This document shows positions 47,106 to 58,464 of a stretch of 64,000 nucleotides of DNA, one piece after another. The stretch lies in NCBI RefSeq assembly GCF_055900595.2, contig NZ_CM148325.1; one strand, given 5' to 3'. The notes under the pieces were generated by a model. That model was not told the origin of the DNA and ran no database searches. It saw nothing but the letters and a program-made list of their open reading frames with translations. The stretch's first letter is position 1. Each line of letters starts with the position of its first letter. Made by a program: the position numbers and the translations under genes.

Positions 47106-48479
47106 TTATTTTAATAACCGCACCCGGCACGTTTTTCCTTTAATCTTCCCGCCCTGTAACTGTTTCCATGCTTTATGAGCAACAGCCTGACGCACCGCAA
47201 CATAGACATGCGCCGGATGCACGGCGATTTTGCCAATATCTGCGCCATCAAGCCCGATATCTCCTGTCAGCGCACCTAATACATCACCCGGGCGCATTTT
47301 GGCTTTTTTCCCGCCATCGATACACAACGTTGCCATTTCTGCTTCCAGCGGCACAATGGAACTATTAACTGGCGGCGTTTGCCAGTTAAGTTTTATCTGC
47401 AACATGTCAGAAATGATATTGGCCCGCTGTGCTTCTTCCGGGGCACAGAAACTGATCGCCAGACCGCTATTTCCTGCACGCGCTGTACGACCGATGCGAT
47501 GTACATGAACTTCAGGATCCCACGCCAGTTCAAAGTTCACTACCAGCTCAAGCGATTTAATATCAAGACCACGCGCAGCAACATCCGTCGCGACCAGCAC
47601 ACGAGCGCTACCGTTAGCAAAACGTACCAGGGTCTGATCGCGGTCACGTTGCTCCAGATCGCCATGTAACGACAATGCACTTTGCCCTATGTCATTCAGC
47701 GCGTCGCAGACAGCCTGACAATCTTTTTTGGTATTGCAAAACACCACGCAAGAGGATGGCTGATGCAAACTTAATAACCGTTGCAACAGCGGAATTTTGC
47801 CTTTGCTGGATGTCTCATAAAATTGTTGTTCAATGGGAGGCAGAGCATCTGTTGAGTCAATTTCAATCGCCAATGGATCGCGTTGAACTCGTCCGCTGAT
47901 TGCGGTGATGGCTTCCGGCCAGGTTGCCGAAAACAGAAGCGTCTGTCGAGATGCTGGCGCAAAACGGATAACATCATCAATGGCATCGCTAAATCCCATA
48001 TCCAGCATGCGATCGGCTTCATCCATCACCAGCATATTCAACGCATCCAGTGATACCGTGCCTTTTTGCAGATGGTCCAGCAAACGACCTGGGGTTGCCA
48101 CGATAATATGCGGCGCATGTTGCAACGAATCACGCTGCATACCGAACGGTTGACCACCGCACAAAGTCAAAATTTTGGTATTTGGCAGAAAACGCGCCAG
48201 CCGACGCAATTCACCTGCCACCTGATCCGCCAGTTCACGCGTAGGACACAGCACTAAAGCCTGGGTCTGAAATAGCGACGCATCAATTTTCTGTAGCAGC
48301 CCGAGGCCAAAAGCCGCCGTTTTGCCGCTGCCGGTTTTCGCCTGCACGCGAACATCTTTTCCGGCAAGGATCGCCGGAAGCGCGGCGGCCTGCACCGGCG
48401 TCATAGTTAAATAACCCAACTCATTAAGGTTCGTGAGTTGGGCGGGAGGCAAAACATTCAGGGTAGAAAAAGCGGTCAC
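47106..48479 (-). CDS. dbpA: ATP-dependent RNA helicase DbpA (DEAD-box, 23S rRNA-specific)
   Basis: 457 aa; Q-motif, Walker A AKTGSGKT, DEAD box, C-terminal RNA-binding domain. Confidence 0.95.
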   Translation of the reverse strand: MTAFSTLNVLPPAQLTNLNELGYLTMTPVQAAALPAILAGKDVRVQAKTGSGKTAAFGLGLLQKIDASLFQTQALVLCPTRELADQVAGELRRLARFLPNTKILTLCGGQPFGMQRDSLQHAPHIIVATPGRLLDHLQKGTVSLDALNMLVMDEADRMLDMGFSDAIDDVIRFAPASRQTLLFSATWPEAITAISGRVQRDPLAIEIDSTDALPPIEQQFYETSSKGKIPLLQRLLSLHQPSSCVVFCNTKKDCQAVCDALNDIGQSALSLHGDLEQRDRDQTLVRFANGSARVLVATDVAARGLDIKSLELVVNFELAWDPEVHVHRIGRTARAGNSGLAISFCAPEEAQRANIISDMLQIKLNWQTPPVNSSIVPLEAEMATLCIDGGKKAKMRPGDVLGALTGDIGLDGADIGKIAVHPAHVYVAVRQAVAHKAWKQLQGGKIKGKTCRVRLLK

Positions 48480-48509
48480 AATCTGTTCTCGTGGTCATCG
48501 ACGCAAAAA

Positions 48510-48683
48510 TTAGCAAGCGCGTATCCTCGCAGATCTACGCTCACGATGCGACAATTTAATCGGTTCTTCATCGGGTGGTGGGTCAGGCATGGGTTGCGGG
48601 CGAGGGATTGGATCGGGCACTGGAACAGGATCGCCAGGAATCGGTTCAGGGACAGGAATTTGCAAATAAATGAGTGTCGTCAT
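48510..48683 (-). CDS. Candidate proline-rich small protein (57 codons) downstream of FnrS
   Basis: MTTLIYLQIPVPEPIPGDPVPVPDPIPRPQPMPDPPPDEEPIKLSHRERRSARIRAC; strong SD GGAGGG 5 nt upstream of ATG; below ORF-track cutoff; identity unverified. Confidence 0.4.
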   Translation of the reverse strand: MTTLIYLQIPVPEPIPGDPVPVPDPIPRPQPMPDPPPDEEPIKLSHRERRSARIRAC

Positions 48684-48736
48684 ATTTCCCTCCGGTCATT
48701 GGGTGGACTCTTAAAGGGTAGACGCTGATATATAAC

Positions 48737-48862
48737 AGGCAAAAAAAAGCCGACTCATCAAAGTCGGCGTCGTACGAATCAATTGTGCTATGCAGTAATT
48801 CAAAAAAGGAAGTAAGACAATATGGAGCGCAACGCCCATCGCTTGACGTTGCATTCACCTGC
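48737..48862 (-). ncRNA. fnrS: FnrS small RNA (FNR-activated anaerobic regulator)
   Basis: Minus-strand GCAGGTGAATGCAACGTCAAGCGATGGGCGTTGCGCTCCATATTGTCTTACTTCC...GCCGACTTTGATGAGTCGGCTTTTTTTT with intrinsic terminator. Confidence 0.88.
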
Positions 48863-48897
48863 GAGAGAGATATTGCCCTGAATGGGTAGAGAGTTTA

Positions 48898-48911
48898 TTG
48901 ACTTCGCTCAA
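48898..48911. promoter_or_regulatory. FNR binding site (class II, centred near -41.5) of the fnrS promoter
   Basis: TTGACTTCGCTCAA, close to TTGAT-N4-ATCAA, about 42 bp upstream of the FnrS 5' end. Confidence 0.75.
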
Positions 48912-48957
48912 ACTTTGCGGCGTTTTTGTATACAGATAGTAGGGAAAATTGCTGTTG

Positions 48958-49962
<1,005 letters not shown>

Positions 49963-50195
49963 TTATTTTGTAGTCTAGCCTTCTGGCCCTGTTACGCAAC
50001 ATCTCATCACCCCATTACCCTGAAATGATTAATAAAATTCTGTCTAAATTGAATACAAAAAGCAAAATGCTTTTCCATATACAAACCGTGTGAAGTGTTA
50101 AATAGCGTCTATCATTATCAGAATTATCTGATCATATGACGTGGCTTTTTTGCGATCGGATAGCAACAAAAATTGATAAAAATAACGGGATCTCA

Positions 50196-51428
50196 ATGAT
50201 TACGCACAACTTCAATACCCTGGACTTACTCACCAGTCCTGTCTGGATCGTTTCGCCCTTTGAGGAACAGTTAATTTATGCCAACAGCGCGGCGCGACTG
50301 TTGATGCAAGACCTCACGTTTAGTCAGCTACGAACCGGTCCCTATTCCGTCTCCTCACAAAAAGAACTACCGAAATACCTCTCCGATCTGCAAAACCAAC
50401 ACGATATTATCGAAATCCTCACCGTTCAACGTAAAGAAGAGGAAACAGCATTAAGCTGTCGGCTTGTTTTGCGAGAGCTGACAGAAGCAGAACCGGTGAT
50501 TATTTTCGAAGGCATCGAAGCGCCGGCAACGCTGGGTTTAAAAGCCAGTCGCTCGGCAAATTATCAGCGCAAAAAACAAGGTTTTTATGCGCGCTTTTTT
50601 CTGACTAACTCTGCACCAATGTTGTTGATTGACCCCTCACGAGATGGCCAAATCGTCGATGCTAACCTCGCCGCGCTCAATTTCTATGGTTATAACCATG
50701 AAACGATGTGCCAGAAACATACCTGGGAAATTAATATGCTCGGGCGTCGCGTCATGCCTATCATGCATGAAATCTCGCATTTACCCGGTGGTCATAAGCC
50801 TTTGAATTTTGTTCATAAACTGGCGGATGGTTCGACTCGTCATGTGCAGACCTATGCTGGGCCGATTGAAATTTATGGCGACAAGCTCATGTTATGTATT
50901 GTGCATGATATTACTGAGCAAAAACGGCTGGAGGAGCAGTTGGAACATGCTGCCCACCATGACGCGATGACCGGATTACTGAATCGGCGCCAGTTTTATC
51001 ACATTACCGAGCCAGGCCAAATGCAGCACCTCGCCATCGCTCAGGATTACAGCTTATTGCTCATCGACACCGATCGTTTTAAACACATTAACGATCTCTA
51101 TGGGCATTCTAAAGGTGATGAGGTGTTATGCGCCCTCGCCCGCACTCTCGAAAGTTGCGCTCGCAAAGGCGATTTGGTGTTTCGTTGGGGAGGCGAAGAG
51201 TTTGTCTTATTGCTACCAAGAACCCCACTGGATACCGCGCTTTCGCTGGCTGAAACTATCCGCGTAAGCGTGACAAAAGTGAGTATTTCGGGCTTACCAC
51301 GCTTTACCGTCAGCATTGGTGTGGCGCATCACGAAGGAAATGAAAGCATCGATGAACTGTTTAAACGCGTTGATGATGCTTTGTATCGGGCGAAAAATGA
51401 TGGACGCAACCGCGTGCTGGCGGCATAA
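50196..51428 (+). CDS. dgcM: Diguanylate cyclase DgcM (PAS-PAS-GGDEF)
   Basis: ORF 50136..51428; start taken at MITHNFNTLDLL (50196); GGEEF active-site motif present (RWGGEEFVLLL). Confidence 0.9.
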   Translation: MITHNFNTLDLLTSPVWIVSPFEEQLIYANSAARLLMQDLTFSQLRTGPYSVSSQKELPKYLSDLQNQHDIIEILTVQRKEEETALSCRLVLRELTEAEPVIIFEGIEAPATLGLKASRSANYQRKKQGFYARFFLTNSAPMLLIDPSRDGQIVDANLAALNFYGYNHETMCQKHTWEINMLGRRVMPIMHEISHLPGGHKPLNFVHKLADGSTRHVQTYAGPIEIYGDKLMLCIVHDITEQKRLEEQLEHAAHHDAMTGLLNRRQFYHITEPGQMQHLAIAQDYSLLLIDTDRFKHINDLYGHSKGDEVLCALARTLESCARKGDLVFRWGGEEFVLLLPRTPLDTALSLAETIRVSVTKVSISGLPRFTVSIGVAHHEGNESIDELFKRVDDALYRAKNDGRNRVLAA

Positions 51429-51448
51429 GCCGCGGATGCGTCTCGAGA

Positions 51449-52012
51449 TCAACGACTGCGCTTAGCGTGGCGCTCCCAGTTTTCTTGCTTTGCCTGCGCC
51501 GTTTTACGTAGTGCGACGTAACACGCCCCGCTGCCGCCATGATGCGGTAGCGCGGTACAATATGCCTGGACATCATCAAATTCGGTCAACCAGCACGCCA
51601 CATAGCTGCGGACAATATTGGCATGCGATTTATCTTCCCGCCCTTTACCATGAATAATCAGCACATTACGCAAACCATCCGCCAGGGCTTGTTGAATGAA
51701 ACTGAACACCATTTTGCGGCACTCTTCCACCGGCTGGCGCAAAAGATTCAGGCTCGCCTGTTGCGGATATTTACCACTGCGCAGCTTATCCAGCACCCCA
51801 TGTTGCAACCCTTCCCGCCGAAACTCCAGCAGCTGGCTTAGCGGGATGATGTCGAGAAATCCGGTGGTGAGGAAATTATCAAGTTGCAGCGTGTCGATAC
51901 GCTGCGGCGCACGTTGGTTACGCGTTGGATGCCAGTGGACATCTATAGCACGTTTCAGCGGCTGGACATCTTCCATGGCGTCAAGAAACAGCGATTTGTC
52001 GTCAAGGTTCAT
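51449..52012 (-). CDS. smrA: Smr-domain endonuclease SmrA (YdaL)
   Basis: 187 aa with C-terminal Smr domain. Confidence 0.88.
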   Translation of the reverse strand: MNLDDKSLFLDAMEDVQPLKRAIDVHWHPTRNQRAPQRIDTLQLDNFLTTGFLDIIPLSQLLEFRREGLQHGVLDKLRSGKYPQQASLNLLRQPVEECRKMVFSFIQQALADGLRNVLIIHGKGREDKSHANIVRSYVACWLTEFDDVQAYCTALPHHGGSGACYVALRKTAQAKQENWERHAKRSR

Positions 52013-52239
52013 GTTACATCCTCCCGCAATTAAGAGCGCGATATGATAACCAGACCGGGTCGGTCCAACAACGTATTACCCAAAATTCCAGTAATAAGTT
52101 CCAAATATTGCCGATATTTTAAGCAAAATGCTTATGCATGATTATTCATTCACGATATTAATAATGTAACTTATATTTTCGTGAAATCTGTCACTGAAGA
52201 AAATTGGCAACTAAAGGTTAAAACCGTTATAACACAGTC

Positions 52240-52334
52240 ACCGGCGCAGAGGAGACCATGCCGGATTTAAGACGCGGATGCACTGCTGTGTGTACTGTAG
52301 AGTCTGGCGGATGTCGACAGACTCTATTTTTTTA
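52240..52334 (+). ncRNA. mcaS: McaS (IsrA) small RNA
   Basis: ACCGGCGCAGAGGAGACCATGCCGGATTTAAGACGCGGATGCACTGCTGTGTGTACTGTAGAGTCTGGCGGATGTCGACAGACTCTATTTTTTTAT with terminator hairpin and U-tract, between smrA and abgR. Confidence 0.85.
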
Positions 52335-52341
52335 TGCAGTT

Positions 52342-53250
52342 TTAACTTTGCAGATAGCCGCATTCTCGCCGAAATTGCGTGATTAATGACGCGGTCAGTG
52401 GTGTCTGGCGACTATCACGCCGCTGAATCAAATAATAGGCCGCTTTCGGTAAAATTTCGCTAACCGGCAACATCACCAGCCCCTGTCCGTGCAAGGGATC
52501 GCAGCCCATTTCTTCAGGTAGTATGCTGAGAAAATCGCTTTTTGCCACCAGACTGATACAGGCTGAAAACGTCTCGCAGACTACGCCGACCTGTGGCGTT
52601 TGCGCCTGATCGTCAAGCAATTCACTCAACTGTTTGTAGTAGCTGCCGTGTGGCGTCGGCATTGTCCAGCTGTAGTCCAGTAACTGTTTGATCGAACGGG
52701 CACCAATGGCGGGATGTCCCGGGCGGCAAAAGATCGCGAATTGCTTTTCCAGTAATTTCTCAAAAGTAAATTCGTGGTCGTAGGGTCCCTGATAATAGGT
52801 ATTGATGGTGAAATCCAGTTCTCCCTGTCGCAATTCATTAATCATCGACACCAGTTGCCCTTCCATAATGCGTACTTTTACCTGCGGATGCTGCTGATGA
52901 AAACGAGATATGACAGCTGGCATCAGACTGCGGGAAATACTGGCCCCCATGCCGATATTAATTTGCCCTGCCAGTTGCCCTTGTCGTTGGCGAATATCCT
53001 CTTGCGCTGCGCGCAGCTCTTCAAGAATAAGACTGGCGTGCTGATAAAAACTTTCACCGGCATCAGTTAACGTCACGCCTTTACTACGGCGAAAAAAGAG
53101 TTGCGCCGCTAACCCTTCTTCCAGCTCCTGAATAGATTTACTCAGTGCCGGTTGCGACATATTCAACATGCGGCTCGCTCCGCGAATGCTGCCCTGACGA
53201 GCCACTTCAACAAAAGCCCGAATTTGATGAATTTTTACCTGAAAAGCCAT
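52342..53250 (-). CDS. abgR: LysR-family regulator AbgR
   Basis: 302 aa, N-terminal HTH, divergent from abgABT. Confidence 0.92.
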   Translation of the reverse strand: MAFQVKIHQIRAFVEVARQGSIRGASRMLNMSQPALSKSIQELEEGLAAQLFFRRSKGVTLTDAGESFYQHASLILEELRAAQEDIRQRQGQLAGQINIGMGASISRSLMPAVISRFHQQHPQVKVRIMEGQLVSMINELRQGELDFTINTYYQGPYDHEFTFEKLLEKQFAIFCRPGHPAIGARSIKQLLDYSWTMPTPHGSYYKQLSELLDDQAQTPQVGVVCETFSACISLVAKSDFLSILPEEMGCDPLHGQGLVMLPVSEILPKAAYYLIQRRDSRQTPLTASLITQFRRECGYLQS

Positions 53251-53425
53251 GACGCCACCGATAACCGTTATTTATCAGACCAAAGAAACTGGCATCTACT
53301 TTAATGCAGATGATTGTGTCAGGGTAATTTATGAACGGTTAAAACTGTGAAAAATCAGTTAGTGATAAGTAAAAACTATCGCTACGTGAACCGGGTCACA
53401 CTTTTTACTGATGACGGGAAAGGTT

Positions 53426-54736
53426 ATGGAGTCTTTGAATCAATTTATTAATTCGCTTGCCCCAAAATTATCGCACTGGCGACGTGATTTTCACCACTAT
53501 GCAGAGTCTGGCTGGGTGGAATTCCGCACTGCTACCCTTGTTGCGGAAGAATTCCACCAGCTCGGTTATTCACTGGCGCTGGGCCGCGAAGTCGTTAATG
53601 AAAGTAGCCGGATGGGATTACCTGATGAATTCACTCTACAACGCGAATTCGAGCGCGCTCGTCAACAGGGGGCGCTAGAACAATGGATTGCGGCTTTTGA
53701 AGGCGGTTTCACTGGCATCGTCGCTACCCTGGATACCGGTCGCCCCGGTCCAGTGATGGCTTTCCGTGTCGATATGGACGCGCTGGATCTCAGTGAAGAA
53801 CGGGATGTCAGCCATCGCCCCTATCGCGACGGTTTTGCGTCATGTAACGCCGGAATGATGCATGCCTGTGGTCATGATGGACATACCGCCATTGGGCTTG
53901 GGCTGGCGCATACCTTTAAACAGTTCGAGTCCGGACTACATGGCATCATCAAACTGATTTTTCAACCTGCAGAAGAAGGTACGCGTGGCGCGCGGGCGAT
54001 GGTCGATGCAGGAGTAGTGGATGATGTTGATTATTTTACTGCTGTGCACATTGGCACTGGTGTACCTGCGGGCACAGTAGTGTGCGGCAGTGATAATTTT
54101 ATGGCAACCACCAAATTTGACGCGCACTTCACCGGGACCGCCGCTCACGCAGGCGCAAAACCAGAAGACGGTCACAATGCCTTACTGGCGGCAGCACAAG
54201 CAACTCTTGCGCTGCATGGAATCGCCCCGCACAGCGAAGGGGCTTCCAGAGTAAACGTGGGCGTTATGCAGGCAGGAAGCGGTCGTAATGTGGTTCCTGC
54301 CTCGGCGTTGCTGAAAGTGGAAACACGCGGGGCCAGCGATGTCATTAATCAATATGTTTTTGACCGTGCACAACAAGCGATTCAGGGCGCAGCAGCCATG
54401 TATGGTGTCGGCGTTGAAACTCGGCTGATGGGTGCAGCTACCGCCAGTTCTCCTTCGCCGCAATGGGTCGCATGGTTACAAAGCCAGGCGGCTCAGGTCG
54501 CGGGGGTCAATCAGGCCATTGAACGTGTTGAGGCGCCTGCGGGTTCCGAAGATGCCACATTAATGATGGCCCGCGTGCAGCGACATCAAGGGCAAGCCTC
54601 CTATATGGTGTTTGGCACACAGCTGGCGGCAGGTCATCACAACGAAAAATTCGATTTTGACGAGCAGGTTCTCGCTATTGCCGTCGAAACGCTGGCGCGC
54701 ACCGCGCTTAATTTTCCCTGGACGCGAGGTATCTGA
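53426..54736 (+). CDS. abgA: p-Aminobenzoyl-glutamate hydrolase subunit A (M20 peptidase)
   Basis: ORF 53411..54736; start taken at MESLNQFINSL (53426). Confidence 0.92.
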   Translation: MESLNQFINSLAPKLSHWRRDFHHYAESGWVEFRTATLVAEEFHQLGYSLALGREVVNESSRMGLPDEFTLQREFERARQQGALEQWIAAFEGGFTGIVATLDTGRPGPVMAFRVDMDALDLSEERDVSHRPYRDGFASCNAGMMHACGHDGHTAIGLGLAHTFKQFESGLHGIIKLIFQPAEEGTRGARAMVDAGVVDDVDYFTAVHIGTGVPAGTVVCGSDNFMATTKFDAHFTGTAAHAGAKPEDGHNALLAAAQATLALHGIAPHSEGASRVNVGVMQAGSGRNVVPASALLKVETRGASDVINQYVFDRAQQAIQGAAAMYGVGVETRLMGAATASSPSPQWVAWLQSQAAQVAGVNQAIERVEAPAGSEDATLMMARVQRHQGQASYMVFGTQLAAGHHNEKFDFDEQVLAIAVETLARTALNFPWTRGI

Positions 54737-56181
54737 TGCAGGAAATCTATCGTTTTATCGACGATGCGATTGAAGCCGATCGCCAACGTTATACCGATAT
54801 TGCTGATCAAATCTGGGATCATCCAGAAACACGTTTTGAAGAGTTCTGGTCAGCGGAACATCTGGCTTCGGCGCTGGAATCTGCAGGCTTCACCGTGACT
54901 CGCAACGTAGGCAATATCCCAAATGCCTTTATTGCTTCGTTTGGTCAAGACAAACCGGTTATCGCCTTGCTGGGGGAATATGACGCCCTGGCAGGTTTAA
55001 GTCAGCAAGCAGGTTGCGCGCAGCCTACATCCACGACGCCCGGTGAAAATGGTCACGGTTGCGGACACAATTTGCTGGGAACCGCCGCTTTTGCCGCAGC
55101 AATAGCCGTCAAGAAATGGCTGGAACAATATGGGCAAGGCGGCACGGTGCGCTTTTATGGTTGTCCTGGCGAAGAAGGCGGCTCGGGAAAAACGTTCATG
55201 GTCCGCGAGGGGTTATTTGATGATGTGGATGCGGCACTCACCTGGCACCCGGAAGCCTTTGCCGGTATGTTCAATACCCGCACGCTGGCAAATATTCAAG
55301 CATCATGGCGCTTTAAAGGGATCGCAGCACATGCTGCAAATTCCCCTCATTTGGGACGCAGCGCCCTTGATGCCGTAACGTTGATGACCACTGGCACCAA
55401 CTTCCTCAACGAACATATTATTGAAAAAGCGCGCGTACACTATGCCATCACAGAGAGCGGCGGGATCTCGCCCAACGTGGTCCAGGCGCAGGCAGAAGTG
55501 CTTTATCTTATCCGCGCCCCCGAAATGACCGACGTGCAGCATATTTATGATCGGGTAGCCAAAATCGCCGAAGGTGCGGCATTGATGACCGAAACCACGG
55601 TTGAATGCCGCTTCGACAAAGCCTGTTCCAGTTATCTCCCGAATCGCACCTTAGAAAAGGTCATGTACCAGGCTCTGTCCCATTTTGGAACCCCTGAATG
55701 GAAATCCGAAGAACTGGCTTTTGCGAAACAAATTCAGGCTACGCTCACCCCCAACGATCGGCAAAACAGTCTGAATAATATTGCCGCAACCGGTGGAGAA
55801 AACGGCAAGGCTTTTGCAATACGTCATCGTGAAACGGTACTGGCGAATGAAGTCGCTCCATATGCCGCCACCGATAACGTGCTTGCGGCATCGACTGATG
55901 TCGGCGACGTCAGTTGGAAACTGCCTGTTGCCCAGTGTTTCAGCCCCTGTTTCGCCGTCGGTACACCGCTACATACGTGGCAACTGGTTAGCCAGGGGCG
56001 AACGTCTATTGCTCATAAAGGAATGCTGCTGGCGGCGAAAACTATGGCAGCAACCACACTCAATCTCTTCAATGTTTCAGGGCTATTGCAAGAATGCCAA
56101 CAAGAGCATCAGCAAGTTACGGACACGCAACCGTATCACTGCCCTATTCCGAAAAACGTGACACCGTCACCTTTAAAATAA
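54736..56181 (+). CDS. abgB: p-Aminobenzoyl-glutamate hydrolase subunit B (M20 peptidase)
   Basis: 481 aa; start overlaps abgA stop (translational coupling). Confidence 0.92.
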   Translation: MQEIYRFIDDAIEADRQRYTDIADQIWDHPETRFEEFWSAEHLASALESAGFTVTRNVGNIPNAFIASFGQDKPVIALLGEYDALAGLSQQAGCAQPTSTTPGENGHGCGHNLLGTAAFAAAIAVKKWLEQYGQGGTVRFYGCPGEEGGSGKTFMVREGLFDDVDAALTWHPEAFAGMFNTRTLANIQASWRFKGIAAHAANSPHLGRSALDAVTLMTTGTNFLNEHIIEKARVHYAITESGGISPNVVQAQAEVLYLIRAPEMTDVQHIYDRVAKIAEGAALMTETTVECRFDKACSSYLPNRTLEKVMYQALSHFGTPEWKSEELAFAKQIQATLTPNDRQNSLNNIAATGGENGKAFAIRHRETVLANEVAPYAATDNVLAASTDVGDVSWKLPVAQCFSPCFAVGTPLHTWQLVSQGRTSIAHKGMLLAAKTMAATTLNLFNVSGLLQECQQEHQQVTDTQPYHCPIPKNVTPSPLK

Positions 56182-56217
56182 CAACAACAACGCAAACACA
56201 ACAATCGAGGAATGCCC

Positions 56218-57744
56218 ATGAGTATGTCATCCATACCGTCATCCTCCCAATCCGGGAAGCTCTATGGCTGGGTCGAAAGAATTGGTAACAAGGTTCCCCA
56301 TCCTTTTTTGCTCTTTATCTATTTGATTATCGTACTCATGGTGACGACGGCAATTTTGTCGGCCTTTGGCGTCAGTGCGAAAAACCCGACCGATGGTACG
56401 CCAGTGGTCGTGAAAAACCTGCTCAGTGTGGAAGGATTACACTGGTTTTTACCCAATGTGATTAAAAACTTTAGCGGTTTTGCCCCACTAGGCGCGATCC
56501 TGGCGCTGGTTTTAGGTGCTGGTCTGGCGGAGCGCGTCGGCTTACTGCCAGCGTTGATGGTTAAAATGGCATCGCATGTGAATGCTCGCTACGCCAGTTA
56601 TATGGTGCTGTTTATTGCTTTTTTCAGCCACATTTCTTCCGATGCGGCGTTAGTGATCATGCCACCGATGGGTGCGCTAATTTTTCTGGCGGTGGGCAGG
56701 CATCCAGTTGCAGGTTTACTGGCCGCCATTGCAGGCGTAGGTTGCGGCTTTACGGCTAATTTACTGATTGTCACAACCGACGTGTTGCTGTCGGGGATCA
56801 GCACGGAAGCTGCGGCTGCATTCAATCCGCAAATGCACGTCAGTGTAATTGATAACTGGTATTTTATGGCCAGCTCCGTAGTCGTACTGACGGTTGTTGG
56901 CGGCCTGATAACCGACAAAATCATTGAGCCACGGTTAGGTCAATGGCAGGGAAACAGCGATGAGAAACTGCAAACCTTGACCGAAAGTCAGCGTTTTGGT
57001 TTACGCATAGCAGGTGTCGTATCGCTACTTTTTATTGCTGCGATTGCGCTGATGGTAATCCCGGTAAACGGTATATTGCGCGATCCGATTAATCACACCG
57101 TGATGCCATCCCCCTTTATTAAAGGTATCGTGCCACTGATCATTCTTTTTTTCTTTGTGGTCTCGCTGGCTTATGGCATCGCTACCCGCACAATTCGACG
57201 TCAGGCGGATTTACCGCATTTAATGATTGAACCGATGAAAGAGATGGCGGGATTTATCGTGATGGTTTTTCCCCTGGCCCAGTTTGTCGCCATGTTTAAC
57301 TGGAGCAACATGGGGAAATTCATCGCTGTGGGGCTGACCGATATACTCGAAAGTTCAGGGCTTAGCGGCATCCCGGCGTTTGTCGGTCTGGCGTTGCTTT
57401 CCTCTTTCTTATGCATGTTTATCGCTAGCGGTTCCGCAATCTGGTCGATTCTGGCCCCCATTTTCGTACCAATGTTTATGCTACTTGGCTTTCACCCGGC
57501 ATTTGCGCAAATCCTCTTTCGTATTGCCGACTCATCCGTATTGCCTTTAGCGCCGGTATCTCCTTTTGTTCCACTGTTTCTTGGATTCCTGCAACGCTAC
57601 AAACCAGACGCGAAACTGGGTACTTACTATTCGTTAGTTTTGCCCTATCCACTTATCTTTTTGGTGGTATGGCTGCTGATGTTGCTGGCGTGGTATCTTG
57701 TTGGTCTGCCGATAGGTCCGGGGATTTACCCTCGTTTGTCTTAA
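56218..57744 (+). CDS. abgT: p-Aminobenzoyl-glutamate transporter AbgT
   Basis: ORF 56212..57744; polytopic AbgT-family membrane protein. Confidence 0.92.
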
Positions 57745-57754
57745 GAGAGAACGG

Positions 57755-58270
57755 ATGCTGAGATTACTTGAAGAAAAAATTGCCACGCCACTGGGTCCAC
57801 TGTGGGTGATTTGCGATGAGCAATTTCGCCTGCGGGCGGTTGAATGGGAAGAGTACAGCGAACGCATGGTGCAACTGCTGGACATCCATTACCGCAAAGA
57901 AGGCTATGAACGCATTTCTGCCACCAACCCAGGTGGTTTAAGCGACAAGCTTCGTGAATATTTTGCCGGTAATCTTAGCATTATTGATACGCTTCCCACT
58001 GCCACGGGGGGGACGCCATTTCAGCGCGAAGTCTGGAAAACATTACGCACAATCCCCTGCGGGCAGGTAATGCATTACGGCCAACTGGCTGAACAATTGG
58101 GCCGCCCCGGCGCGGCGCGTGCCGTAGGTGCGGCAAATGGATCGAATCCCATCAGCATTGTTGTGCCTTGTCATCGGGTCATTGGCAGAAACGGTACCAT
58201 GACCGGATATGCAGGCGGAGTTCAGCGAAAAGAGTGGTTATTGCGCCACGAAGGTTATCTTTTGCTGTAA
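57755..58270 (+). CDS. ogt: O6-alkylguanine-DNA alkyltransferase Ogt
   Basis: 171 aa with active-site PCHRV motif ([10 protein letters not shown]). Confidence 0.93.
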
Positions 58271-58316
58271 ACATTAAACAATTTGTGCCAGCTTGTTCAC
58301 ACTTTTATGTAAAGTT

Positions 58317-58340
58317 ACCCTTAACAACTTAAGGGTTTTC
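58317..58340 (+). terminator. Intrinsic terminator of abgT-ogt
   Basis: CCCTTAA-caac-TTAAGGG followed by TTTT. Confidence 0.7.
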
Positions 58341-58431
58341 AAATAGATAGACATATATTTACATCTAATATCGGAATTCTCTGCTGTTAAGGTTTGCTTA
58401 GACTTACTTGCTCCCTAAAAAGATGTTAAAA

Positions 58432-58445
58432 TTGACAAATATCAA
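58432..58445. promoter_or_regulatory. FNR autoregulatory operator at the fnr promoter
   Basis: Perfect FNR palindrome TTGACAAATATCAA 20 bp upstream of the fnr ATG. Confidence 0.8.
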
Positions 58446-58464
58446 TTACGGCTTGAGCAGACCT

